This document shows, piece after piece, positions 9,602 through 18,149 of a stretch of 64,000 nucleotides of DNA. The stretch is taken from assembly GCA_902493545.1 (NCBI GenBank), contig CABUQI010000001.1, positions 10,802 to 74,801 of the forward strand, given 5' to 3'. Source of the DNA: an uncultured Collinsella sp. (GTDB lineage Bacteria; Actinomycetota; Coriobacteriia; Coriobacteriales; Coriobacteriaceae). The first letter of the stretch is position 1; each line of letters opens with the position of its first letter. The notes below the pieces were generated by a model. It saw only the letters and a program-made list of their open reading frames with translations, made no database searches and had not been told where the DNA came from. The position numbers were made by a program, and so were the translations under genes.

Positions 9602-10138
9602 TTAAGCGATGACAGCGACCTGGTTAAAGTCGAGCTCAACAGGCGTCTCGCGGCCAAAGATCATCAGCGTGACCTTGAGCTTGCCAGCCTCGGTGTTAAC
9701 CTCGGAGACCTTGCCATCAAAGTCGGTAAGCGGGCCATCGGTGACGCGGACGGACGTGCCGACCTCAATATCAACCGAAGTGCGCTTGGGCGAATCGCCC
9801 TTACCGGGACGACGAGTCATCTTGTTGTACTCGTCGCGGGAAAGCGGAGCGGGCTTCCCGTTGCCGCCCAGGAAACCGGTGACGCCAGGCGTGTTACGAA
9901 CACACGTCCAAGCATCGTCATCCATCTCCATGCGGACCAGGACATAACCCGGGAAGATCTTGGAATCCTTGGTCTCACGCTTGCCACCCTCTTTAATCTC
10001 GGTGACACGCTCCATAGGAATCTCGATATCAAAGATACGGTCCTGCATGCCCATAGTCTCGATGCGATGCTCGAGATCGGACTTAACACGGTTCTCGTAT
10101 CCAGAGTAAGTGTGAACGACGTACCAACGCTTAGACAT
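9602..10138 (-). CDS. nusG: Transcription termination/antitermination factor NusG
   Basis: [21 protein letters not shown] domain ending [10 protein letters not shown]. Confidence 0.98.
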   Translation of the reverse strand: MSKRWYVVHTYSGYENRVKSDLEHRIETMGMQDRIFDIEIPMERVTEIKEGGKRETKDSKIFPGYVLVRMEMDDDAWTCVRNTPGVTGFLGGNGKPAPLSRDEYNKMTRRPGKGDSPKRTSVDIEVGTSVRVTDGPLTDFDGKVSEVNTEAGKLKVTLMIFGRETPVELDFNQVAVIA

Positions 10139-10141
10139 GGT

Positions 10142-10480
10142 TTAGCCCCTCAATCCAGAGAACAGAGCAAGAGCCTCGCCAAAGCCAGCATCGAGCAGAG
10201 CGATGACGACGCCGACGACGATCAGAGAAGCACAAACGACGACCGAGTAGTTCACGAGCTCCTTCTTATCGGGCCACGTGACACGCTTCATCTCGGACTT
10301 GACCGAAGCGAAATACTTCTTGGTGCGGGCGAAGAAACCAGGCTTCTCGTTCTTCTTGGACTTCGCAGCCTTCTCGTTCTTCTTGGCAACGGCCTTCTTG
10401 GCCTCAACCTTGGAGTTGGCGGCAGCGTTGTTGGCAGGCGCCTGCTGCTGAGCCTTCTTCTTGTTCTTCTTGTTGGCCAT
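10142..10480 (-). CDS. secE: Preprotein translocase subunit SecE
   Basis: EMKRVTWP plus one TM helix; Lys/Ala-rich N-terminus; between tRNA-Trp and nusG. Confidence 0.95.
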   Translation of the reverse strand: MANKKNKKKAQQQAPANNAAANSKVEAKKAVAKKNEKAAKSKKNEKPGFFARTKKYFASVKSEMKRVTWPDKKELVNYSVVVCASLIVVGVVIALLDAGFGEALALFSGLRG

Positions 10481-10556
10481 TTGGGTTACCTCCGCGCAAT
10501 GCGCTTATACATGAGTAAACCGTAAGCCCCCAAGTGGGAGCTTACGGAATAATGAC

Positions 10557-10632
10557 TGGCACGCCAGGAAGGACTCGAACCCTCAACACTCGGTTTTGGA
10601 GACCGATGCTCTACCAATTGAACTACTGGCGT
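10557..10632 (-). tRNA. tRNA-Trp(CCA)
   Basis: Cloverleaf ACGCCAG...CTGGCGTG-CCA, anticodon loop CTCCAAA. Confidence 0.95.
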
Positions 10633-10645
10633 ATGTGACTAGAGA

Positions 10646-10795
10646 CTAGCGAGTCTCTTTGTGCAGCGTGTGGTGACGGCACCAGGGGCAATACTTCTTG
10701 ATCTCCATACGATCAGGCATGGTCGACTTGTTCTTGGTGGTCGTATAGTTGCGGCGCTTGCACTCAGTGCACGCAAGAGTAACTAGAGTACGCAT
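10646..10795 (-). CDS. rpmG: 50S ribosomal protein L33, Zn-binding form (absent from the ORF track)
   Basis: [23 protein letters not shown]...[17 protein letters not shown], 49 aa, read directly. Confidence 0.95.
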   Translation of the reverse strand: MRTLVTLACTECKRRNYTTTKNKSTMPDRMEIKKYCPWCRHHTLHKETR

Positions 10796-10840
10796 GTATC
10801 CTGAACCTTTCATTTCCGCCCCGTACGGGCACGAGTTGAT

Positions 10841-10880
10841 ACTTTATCAGCTCTACGTAAGTGCTGTCAACGAAAACCTC
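10841..10880 (-). promoter_or_regulatory. Sigma70-type promoter of the rpmG-secE-nusG unit
   Basis: TTGACA (10865-10870), 18 nt spacer, TGA-TAAAGT. Confidence 0.65.
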
Positions 10881-11011
10881 GAATCAATTGGTTCTCGGTG
10901 AACCCATTCATATTTGGAACACATCAATGGAGCCAACGAGATCTAATCGACGGTGCACCCAGGACCATAATCGATCCTCTCGACACCAGCAACGGCTCAA
11001 TATCCATTGCA

Positions 11012-11047
11012 GAAAAGAACCCGGCACCCATATAAGTGCCGGGTTCT
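11012..11047 (-). terminator. Intrinsic terminator after tuf
   Basis: agaacccggcac/gtgccgggttct stem with U-tract on the minus strand. Confidence 0.7.
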
Positions 11048-11074
11048 CTAAGTCAGCTATATCAAAGAGCTAAT

Positions 11075-12265
11075 TTACTCAATGATCGTGGAGACGATGC
11101 CCGAACCGACGGTGTGGCCGCCCTCGCGGATAGCGAAGCGCAGGCCCTCCTCCATGGCGATCGGGTGGATGAGGTCGCCCTCGATGGTGATGTGGTCACC
11201 AGGCATAGCCATCTCGGTGCCCTCGGGGAGCTTGACCGTACCGGTAACGTCGGTGGTACGGAAGTAGAACTGAGGACGATAACCATCGAAGAACGGGGTG
11301 TGACGGCCGCCCTCCTCCTTGGTCAGAACGTAGATCTCGCCGGTGAACTTGGTGTGCGGGGTAACCGAACCGGGCTTGCAGAGAACCTGACCGCGCTCGA
11401 TGTCCTCGCGCTTGATGCCGCGGAGCAGCAGACCGACGTTGTCGCCAGCCTCGCAGAAGTCCATGGACTTACGGAACATCTCGATACCGGTAACAACGGT
11501 GTTCTGGGTATCCTTGATGCCGACGATCTCGACGGGCTCGTTGAGCTTGAGCTCACCGCGCTCGACACGGCCGGTAGCAACGGTACCACGGCCGGAGATG
11601 GTCATAACGTCCTCAACGGCCATCAGGAAGGGGAGGTCGTTGTTACGAGCAGGCGTCGGGATGTACTCGTCGACAGCCTTCATGAGCTCGCGGATGGCGT
11701 CCATCCACTTGGCGTCGCCCTCGAGAGCGCCCAGAGCGGAACCACGGATGACGGGGATGTCGTCGCCGGGGAAATCGTACTCGGAGAGGAGCTCACGGGT
11801 CTCCATCTCGACGAGGTCGATGAGCTCGTCATCGTCGACCATGTCGCACTTGTTCAGGAAGACGACGATGTAGGGAACGCCGACCTGACGGGCGAGCAGG
11901 ATGTGCTCGCGGGTCTGAGCCATGGGGCCGTCGGTAGCGGCGATGACCAGGATAGCGCCGTCCATCTGAGCAGCACCGGAGATCATGTTCTTGACGTAGT
12001 CAGCGTGGCCCGGGCAGTCAACGTGAGCGTAGTGACGGGCAGCAGTCTCGTACTCGACGTGGGAGACGGAAATCGTAATGCCGCGCTCGCGCTCCTCGGG
12101 AGCCTTGTCGATGTTCTCGAACGCAGTGAAGTCAGCCTTGCAGCCCTCGGTCTCGGAGAGAACCTTGGTGATGGCAGCGGTCAGCGTGGTCTTGCCGTGG
12201 TCGACGTGACCAATGGTGCCGATGTTAACATGCGGCTTAGTGCGCTCAAACTTCTCTTTGGCCAT
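11075..12265 (-). CDS. tuf: Elongation factor Tu
   Basis: [21 protein letters not shown]. Confidence 0.99.
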   Translation of the reverse strand: MAKEKFERTKPHVNIGTIGHVDHGKTTLTAAITKVLSETEGCKADFTAFENIDKAPEERERGITISVSHVEYETAARHYAHVDCPGHADYVKNMISGAAQMDGAILVIAATDGPMAQTREHILLARQVGVPYIVVFLNKCDMVDDDELIDLVEMETRELLSEYDFPGDDIPVIRGSALGALEGDAKWMDAIRELMKAVDEYIPTPARNNDLPFLMAVEDVMTISGRGTVATGRVERGELKLNEPVEIVGIKDTQNTVVTGIEMFRKSMDFCEAGDNVGLLLRGIKREDIERGQVLCKPGSVTPHTKFTGEIYVLTKEEGGRHTPFFDGYRPQFYFRTTDVTGTVKLPEGTEMAMPGDHITIEGDLIHPIAMEEGLRFAIREGGHTVGSGIVSTIIE

Positions 12266-12361
12266 AAAGCCCTCCTCTTAACAGGTCGTCCCCGGACGGG
12301 ACTTTGCCTTTATACCATAGTGGCCTCTCAACATACTATTGAGAAGCCACCGTGTTACCTA

Positions 12362-12438
12362 TGGTAGCGGTGACTGGATTCGAACCAGTGACGCCACGGG
12401 TATGAACCGTGTGCTCTAACCAACTGAGCTACACCGCC
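12362..12438 (-). tRNA. tRNA-Met(CAT), probably elongator
   Basis: GGCGGTG...CACCGCTA-CCA cloverleaf, anticodon CAT. Confidence 0.92.
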
Positions 12439-12441
12439 GGA

Positions 12442-12517
12442 TGGAGCCTGCAACCAGACTTGAACTGGTGACCTCTTCGTTACCAACGAAGTGCTCTACC
12501 GACTGAGCTATACAGGC
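12442..12517 (-). tRNA. tRNA-Thr(GGT)
   Basis: GCCTGTA...TGCAGGCT-CCA cloverleaf, anticodon GGT. Confidence 0.95.
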
Positions 12518-12527
12518 ACTTGACGGG

Positions 12528-12609
12528 TGGGAGCTATAGGATTCGAACCTATGTAGGCAGAGCCAACGGGTTTACAGCCCGTCCCCATTAACCACTCGGG
12601 CAAACTCCC
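12528..12609 (-). tRNA. tRNA-Tyr(GTA), CCA end not encoded
   Basis: GGGAGTT...AGCTCCCA with long variable arm, anticodon GTA. Confidence 0.95.
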
Positions 12610-12671
12610 AATCGTTCAAGTATCCGCAGGTCCTTTGGTCTTTTGGACCGCCGCCCCCGCGAACGAAGAAG

Positions 12672-12711
12672 ATAATACGATGCCACCTTGGGGGCTGTCA
12701 ACGAAAACCTC
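12672..12711 (-). promoter_or_regulatory. Sigma70-type promoter of the tRNA-Tyr-Thr-Met-tuf unit
   Basis: TTGACA (12696-12701), 18 nt spacer, TATTAT. Confidence 0.7.
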
Positions 12712-12912
12712 TAGATACACGGTGCCGGGCGTATCTACATACCTTTGACCTGCGGTTTTGCTGAGTTTGGATATGGAGGACGGTGAATTTGCATATAGCG
12801 GTGACATTTCCCGAGGGAACACTTTTGCGTAGTGGAGTACACCATCAGGATCGAACTTTGATATCGACTCATTTGCACCTATATATAGGTCGATATCGGG
12901 CTTCCCAGACAG

Positions 12913-13059
12913 AATCGAGCGTGGATAATCTCCCGTTTGAAATCGAGCGTGGATAATCTCCCACTTTTGGCGTGCCACTGGGCCCAAAGTGGGAGATTAT
13001 CCACGCTCATTCACTAAGCGGGAGATTATCCACGCTCGTATGTCCGATAAGCCACGCTC
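12913..13059. repeat. Four copies of 18-bp GAGCGTGGATAATCTCCC (two direct, two inverted) plus a partial fifth
   Basis: Copies at 12917-12934, 12945-12962, inverted 12991-13008, 13020-13037. Confidence 0.9.
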
Positions 13060-13090
13060 GACCAGAATGACTTGGACCGGCCCGGCCTTT

Positions 13091-13307
13091 ATCTCAATCT
13101 GTAACATCTAGAGAATATTTTCTCCCCCATCTGTTACAGATCGAGATATTACGCAGAGACCCCAGCTTACGTCTCATTCTGTAACAGTAAGAACGGTTTT
13201 CAGCTTCTTCGTGTTACAGATCGAGATGCTATCGGCCATCCCTTGGCATTGTCTCAATCTGTAACTATAAGGAGGGTTTTCAGCCCACCCGTGTTACAGA
13301 TTGAGAC
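13091..13307. repeat. Array of three 57-bp inverted-repeat units at an exact 80-bp period
   Basis: Left arms (consensus RTCTCAATCTGTAACA) at 13091, 13171, 13251; right arms TGTTACAGATYGAGAY at 13132, 13212, 13292. Confidence 0.9.
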
Positions 13308-13398
13308 AAACCGAAAACGGAATGGGCGCTGACCCAATGGCGCACAACCTAAAAAGAAACGGGCCCTGTCCCATAAGGAACAGAGCCCGAAACTCTCA

Positions 13399-13473
13399 TG
13401 GAGCCAGTGACAGGAATCGAACCTGCAACCCACTGATTACAAATCAGTTGCGCTACCGTTGCGCCACACTGGC
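13399..13473 (-). tRNA. tRNA-Thr(TGT)
   Basis: GCCAGTG...CACTGGCT-CCA cloverleaf, anticodon TGT. Confidence 0.95.
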
Positions 13474-13564
13474 ACACTTGGCGCTTTCGCGCGAAGCCTG
13501 TTAAGAATAAAGGAATTGCGGACGGGGCGCAACAGACCCTTTGACCGACCACATCTCAAAACCC

Positions 13565-13658
13565 TTCGCCAGAACGAATAGTTTTATCTGTTCGCCAGAA
13601 CCAATAACTATTCGTTTTGGCGAGGTCGGCCTGCAACCCACTGATTACAAACCAGTTG
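13565..13658. repeat. Inverted-repeat element plus 29-bp partial duplicate of tRNA-Thr(TGT)
   Basis: tcgccagaacgaatagtt/aactattcgttttggcga; 13630-13658 matches 13422-13450 with one mismatch. Confidence 0.75.
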
Positions 13659-13697
13659 GTTGGTCAATCGAGAAAGCAGCCCCCATTGAAGGTCTAC

Positions 13698-14375
13698 CTA
13701 CCTCCCGCGAAGGGCCTTGAGCTTAGCCAGGGCCTCGGGGCTCAGGCGGCTGCCCAGGGTCATCTTAATCTGCGGAGCTTCCTCTGCCTCGTGCACGTCG
13801 TTGTCGATCTGTTTGATCTCGTCCACCAACATGCGGCTCGAGATGCGCGTGACGCCCTTGCCCATGACGACGGCCTGGATCGTGCCGTCACTCGATACCA
13901 CGGAGCACGCGCGGCCTTCCTCGCGCGCCTCGATGCAGAGCTTCTGCACCACGGTATCGGCAGAGACGCCCGTCGGCGAAAACTCAATGCGCACGCCGCG
14001 GGCCGGCAGGTTGGGGCGCTCGCTGGAGATATTGCCCGCGCCGTCAAACACAATCACAGCCTCGTAGCGGCCCTGGGCAAACGCCGCCACGTCGTTGATG
14101 AGCGCGGTGCGCGCCATATCGTGAACGTCGCTGGAATACGGATCATCGGAATGGTCGTACACGAGCTTTTCGTAGCGCGGCGTGCAATGGATCACGTTGT
14201 AACCGTCGACCACCAACAGCTCGGGCTTATTGGAGTGCACCGTCGAGACCGGATCGGCGATGGCCTGCGCAAACGCATTGCCGCCCACGCCATAGGTCGC
14301 GGCCGAAACAATCGGCTTGGCCGAGCCCTCGCCAAAGCGCTTGGCCTTGGACTTGGCGCGGTTCTTCTTGGACAT
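13698..14375 (-). CDS. NYN domain protein (YacP/Rae1-like RNase)
   Basis: LVVDGYNVI, IVFDG, SADTVV, VVSSD; downstream of rlmB. Confidence 0.85.
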   Translation of the reverse strand: MSKKNRAKSKAKRFGEGSAKPIVSAATYGVGGNAFAQAIADPVSTVHSNKPELLVVDGYNVIHCTPRYEKLVYDHSDDPYSSDVHDMARTALINDVAAFAQGRYEAVIVFDGAGNISSERPNLPARGVRIEFSPTGVSADTVVQKLCIEAREEGRACSVVSSDGTIQAVVMGKGVTRISSRMLVDEIKQIDNDVHEAEEAPQIKMTLGSRLSPEALAKLKALRGR

Positions 14376-14378
14376 GCG

Positions 14379-15299
14379 CTACTCCTCCCCCATGAGCTCG
14401 CCGGCGTTGCGACGCAGCCACTCAAAGCACAGCGCCGTGGTCGCCTGGGCAACATTGAGGCTCTCGGTCATGCCGCGCTGGGGAAGCTTGGTCAAAAAGT
14501 CGCATTTCTCGAGCACCAGGCGCGAGATGCCGTCGCCCTCGGAGCCCATAACGAGCGCCACGCGGCCCTCGAAGGGAGCGTCCCAGCAGCTGCCCTCGGC
14601 GTGCTCGGAGGCGCCGCCCACCCAAAAGCCGGCGGCCTTGAGGTCATCGAGCGCACGGGCGATATTGGGAACCTGCGCGATGGGCAGGTGCATGACGGCG
14701 CCGGCAGAAGTCTTGTAGCTGCCGACGGTCACACCGGCGGCGCGCTTGTTGGCAATGATGACGCCCGCCGCGCCCACGACCTCGGCGGAGCGCACGATGG
14801 CGCCAAAGTTGCCGTCGTCGGTCACATGGTCGAGCACGACGACGAGCGCCGGACCGTCGCCCGCACGGTCGAGGATATCGGCAACATCAGCGTAAGGGAA
14901 GTTACCAACCTCGAGCGCAATGCCCTGGTGAGCGCCATGGCTCGACAGCGCATCGAGCTGCGCACGCGGCACATACTTAATGCGGACACCGGCGGCGTTG
15001 AGGTCGTCGACCAGGCGCGACAAGGCGGCATCGCGCTCCCCGCCCTCGGCAATGAGCGCGCACTTGACGGGAAAGCCGGTACGTAGCGCCTCGGCGGCAG
15101 CACGGCGGCCTTCGATAAACTCGCCCTTGGGGGCCTGAACGTTGTCGCGGTTGCGATCTCGCTGCGGACGCGCAGCCTGGGCTTGGGAGCGCTCGCGCTG
15201 GCCCTTGGAAGTGGCAGCGCGATTGTTGCGGCGAATCGGACGCGAGCCAGAAGCAGCCTGCTTGCCGCCACGAGGCGCACGCTTGCGATTGTCGGCCAT
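14379..15299 (-). CDS. rlmB: 23S rRNA (G2251-2'-O)-methyltransferase RlmB
   Basis: HQGI, NFGAIVRSA, GSEGDG, ESLNVA SPOUT motifs. Confidence 0.92.
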   Translation of the reverse strand: MADNRKRAPRGGKQAASGSRPIRRNNRAATSKGQRERSQAQAARPQRDRNRDNVQAPKGEFIEGRRAAAEALRTGFPVKCALIAEGGERDAALSRLVDDLNAAGVRIKYVPRAQLDALSSHGAHQGIALEVGNFPYADVADILDRAGDGPALVVVLDHVTDDGNFGAIVRSAEVVGAAGVIIANKRAAGVTVGSYKTSAGAVMHLPIAQVPNIARALDDLKAAGFWVGGASEHAEGSCWDAPFEGRVALVMGSEGDGISRLVLEKCDFLTKLPQRGMTESLNVAQATTALCFEWLRRNAGELMGEE

Positions 15300-15466
15300 A
15301 AGACGACCTCCTAAATACAACTATCAAACGAAACAAATAGACCGACCGCCCGAGGTGCGGCAGATTGCCTTGAAAGAGGAGGGCATAGACCTTGAGGTCA
15401 TGCCCGACGATTGAAAGGCAAGGTGCCGTGGCTCGGGCGGTCGGGTGCTTGGGAAACCCGCGGGGA

Positions 15467-16933
15467 TTAGAGAGATTTGATACGGGTGCCGGCGGCAGTA
15501 TCTTCGATCGTCAGGCCCAGGTCCTTGAGCTGGTCGCGGATGGCGTCGGCCAGACCCCAGTTCTTGGCGGCGCGGGCCTCGGCGCGGGCCTCGAGAATCT
15601 TGGCAGCGGCCTCGTCCACGTCGTCACCCGTGTAGGCAACCAAACCGGCGGCAACGCCCAGCAGGCCCAGCGGCAACTCGACCTTGGGCTCGGGGAGCTC
15701 AACGCCAAGCATATCGAGCAGCTCGGCCAGCGTGTCGGCGGCGGCAAGCGCGGCGGCCTTGTCGGCAGCGTCGCCCGCCTGCTCCAGGTACTGGTTGCAC
15801 TCGGTCACAAAGCCAAAGACGGCACCCATGGCACCAGCGGTGTTAAAGTCGTCGTCCATGCACTCCTTAAAGGCAGCACGAGTTTCGGCGGCCTTGGCGG
15901 CAAACGCCTCGGCGGCAGCCGCATCGGCATCGGCCGTCGCATGGTTCGCGGCCCAGCGCAGGTTCTCGACCGTACCGGCGATACGCGTGAGCGAGTTCTC
16001 GGCACCCTCCAGGCGCTCCCAAGAAAAGTCGAGCGGCGAGCGATAGCTCGTCTGCAGCATCAGCAGGCGCAGGGCGGCAGCGGAGTGCTGTTCGAGGACC
16101 TCGGCCAGCGTAAAGAAGTTGCCGAGTGACTTGGACATCTTCTCGCCGTCAACCAGCAGCATGCCCGTGTGCATCCAGGTGTTGGAGAAGCCCTGGTGCC
16201 AGGCGCAGGTGGCCTGGGCGCACTCGTTCTCGTGATGCGGGAAAGCAAGGTCGGAGCCACCGCCGTGGATATCGATCGGGGTACCCAGGTAGCGATGCAC
16301 CATGGCGGCGCACTCGGTGTGCCAACCGGGACGGCCCTCGCCCCAGGGGCTCGGCCAGCTGGGCTCGCCGGGCTTGGCGGCCTTCCACAGGGCAAAGTCG
16401 AGCGGGTCGTTCTTGTCCTCGTTCTCCTCGATGCGCGCACCAACCATAAGGTCGTCGATGTTGCGGCCCGAGACCTGACCATAGTTGGGATCGCTGCGCA
16501 CGGCAAAGTACACATCGCCGTTATCGGCTGCGTAAGCGTGGCCCTGCTCGATAAGCGTCTTGATCATGGCGATCATGGGGCCGATCTCCTTGGTGGCGCG
16601 GGGGCGCACATCGGGGTCGAGCACGTTGGCGGCGCGCATGACGCCGATGAACTTGTCGGAGAACTCCGTCGCGACCTCGGCAGCCGTACGGCCCTGCTCG
16701 TTGGCGCGTTTGATGATCTTGTCGTCGACATCGGTGAGGTTCTGGGCGAACGTGACCTCGTAGCCGCTCGCGATGAGCCAGCGTCGAATCACATCGAAGC
16801 TGATGAACGTGCGGGCATTGCCGATGTGGATGTTGTCGTAGACCGTGGGGCCGCACACGTACATGCGGACCTTGCCGGACTCGATGGGCTGGAACTCTTC
16901 CTTTTTATGGGTAGCGCTGTTGTAGATACGCAT
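15467..16933 (-). CDS. cysS: Cysteine-tRNA ligase
   Basis: CGPTVY, HIGN, WHTEC, KMSKS. Confidence 0.98.
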   Translation of the reverse strand: MRIYNSATHKKEEFQPIESGKVRMYVCGPTVYDNIHIGNARTFISFDVIRRWLIASGYEVTFAQNLTDVDDKIIKRANEQGRTAAEVATEFSDKFIGVMRAANVLDPDVRPRATKEIGPMIAMIKTLIEQGHAYAADNGDVYFAVRSDPNYGQVSGRNIDDLMVGARIEENEDKNDPLDFALWKAAKPGEPSWPSPWGEGRPGWHTECAAMVHRYLGTPIDIHGGGSDLAFPHHENECAQATCAWHQGFSNTWMHTGMLLVDGEKMSKSLGNFFTLAEVLEQHSAAALRLLMLQTSYRSPLDFSWERLEGAENSLTRIAGTVENLRWAANHATADADAAAAEAFAAKAAETRAAFKECMDDDFNTAGAMGAVFGFVTECNQYLEQAGDAADKAAALAAADTLAELLDMLGVELPEPKVELPLGLLGVAAGLVAYTGDDVDEAAAKILEARAEARAAKNWGLADAIRDQLKDLGLTIEDTAAGTRIKSL

Positions 16934-16936
16934 TCG

Positions 16937-17431
16937 TTACTCCTTAACGGTTTTCTGTAGCAGGCAGACGGCCCAGGCGCCGATTCCCTCGCCCTGGCCT
17001 TCCCAACCGAGCTTTTCGGTCGTGGTAGCGGCGAGGCCCACATTTTCGACGTCAACGCCCAGGGCATGGGCAAGGTTGGCGCGCATGGCATCGCGGTGCG
17101 GGGTGATCTTGGGTTGCTGACAGGCAATGGTGCAATCGGCATCGACAAACTCAAAGCCCAGCTCGCGCGCATAGTCCATCACGCGAGCAAGCAGCACCAT
17201 CGAATCGGCACCCTCGTAGGCGGGATCGGTGTCGGGGAATAGCTTGCCGATGTCTCCCCCGCGGCAGGCGCCCAGAATGGCGTCGGCCAAGGCGTGCGCG
17301 AGCACATCGGCATCCGAGTGGCCCAGCAGGCCGCGCTCGTAGGGAATGTCGACCCCGCCGATGATACATCGACGCCCCTCCACCAGACGGTGAACGTCGT
17401 AGCCATGGCCAATGCGCAGGTTACTGAACAT
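16937..17431 (-). CDS. ispF: 2-C-methyl-D-erythritol 2,4-cyclodiphosphate synthase
   Basis: GHGYDVH, GHSDADV, DIGKLFPD. Confidence 0.97.
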   Translation of the reverse strand: MFSNLRIGHGYDVHRLVEGRRCIIGGVDIPYERGLLGHSDADVLAHALADAILGACRGGDIGKLFPDTDPAYEGADSMVLLARVMDYARELGFEFVDADCTIACQQPKITPHRDAMRANLAHALGVDVENVGLAATTTEKLGWEGQGEGIGAWAVCLLQKTVKE

Positions 17432-18149
17432 GGGGAAGGTCCTCTCCCTCGGCCATACGACCGAGCAGAATCGCGGTTACGGGACGCAGATCCTCGGGCA
17501 CCGTCACCTTAAGGTTATCGCGCGGGCTCTGGACACAGCGGACGCGCCCGCCCATGCGCTCGACCAGCGATGAATCGTCGGTACCGATAAAGCCCTCGGC
17601 GATAGCAGCGGCGTGAGCGCGCTTCATGGCGTCGACGCTAAAGATCTGCGGCGTCTGAGCGGCCCAATAGAGCTCGCGCGGCGGCGTCTCGACGATATTA
17701 TCGCCGTCGACGATCTTGAGCGTGTCGATCGCGGGCTGACCGCACACGACACCGTCGAGGGCGCGGTCGCTCACGAGCACGTCGATAGCGTGGTCGATGG
17801 CCTCGGTCGTAATGAGCGGACGAGCGCCATCGTGGATGGCGACATATTCGAAACCCGCCGGAACCGCATGCACGCCGGCACGGGTGGACTCCTGACGGGT
17901 ATCGCCGGCATCGGCAAAGCTGATGGGCGTGTCATAGTCAAACGGGTCGATGGCAAGGCGGCGCATCTCGGCACGGCGCTCGGCAGGACACACCACCACG
18001 ATGTGGCCGACCTTGTCGCTCCGGTCGAACGCGCGGATGGACCAGCTCATAAGCGGACGGCCCGCCACGTTAACGAGCTGCTTGCCGCCGGGATTTCCAA
18101 AGCGCTGACCGCTGCCGCCGGCAACGACCACGGCGCATACGGGCGCCAT
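17421..18149 (-). CDS. ispD: 2-C-methyl-D-erythritol 4-phosphate cytidylyltransferase
   Basis: AGGSGQRF, HDGARP, QTPQ, NLKVT. Confidence 0.96.
   Translation of the reverse strand: MAPVCAVVVAGGSGQRFGNPGGKQLVNVAGRPLMSWSIRAFDRSDKVGHIVVVCPAERRAEMRRLAIDPFDYDTPISFADAGDTRQESTRAGVHAVPAGFEYVAIHDGARPLITTEAIDHAIDVLVSDRALDGVVCGQPAIDTLKIVDGDNIVETPPRELYWAAQTPQIFSVDAMKRAHAAAIAEGFIGTDDSSLVERMGGRVRCVQSPRDNLKVTVPEDLRPVTAILLGRMAEGEDLPHVQ

Noticed and set aside
10925..10950. tggagcc resembling a tRNA-Thr 3' end between tuf and rpmG
   Set aside because: Only 7 nt match and no T-arm; chance.
11036..12367. 443-aa plus-strand ORF opposite tuf
   Set aside because: Antisense shadow caused by high-GC codon bias; no recognisable motifs.
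12616..12987. 123-aa minus-strand ORF upstream of tRNA-Tyr
   Set aside because: Starts inside the repeat array, runs through the tRNA promoter, and has no recognisable domain.
12913..13059. Chromosomal oriC
   Set aside because: Boxes are imperfect and embedded in longer identical repeats; no dnaA, dnaN or AT-rich unwinding region nearby.
12913..13307. CRISPR array call for the two repeat clusters
   Set aside because: Repeats are 16-18 bp and occur in both orientations, some spacers are related to each other, and there are no cas genes in the window.
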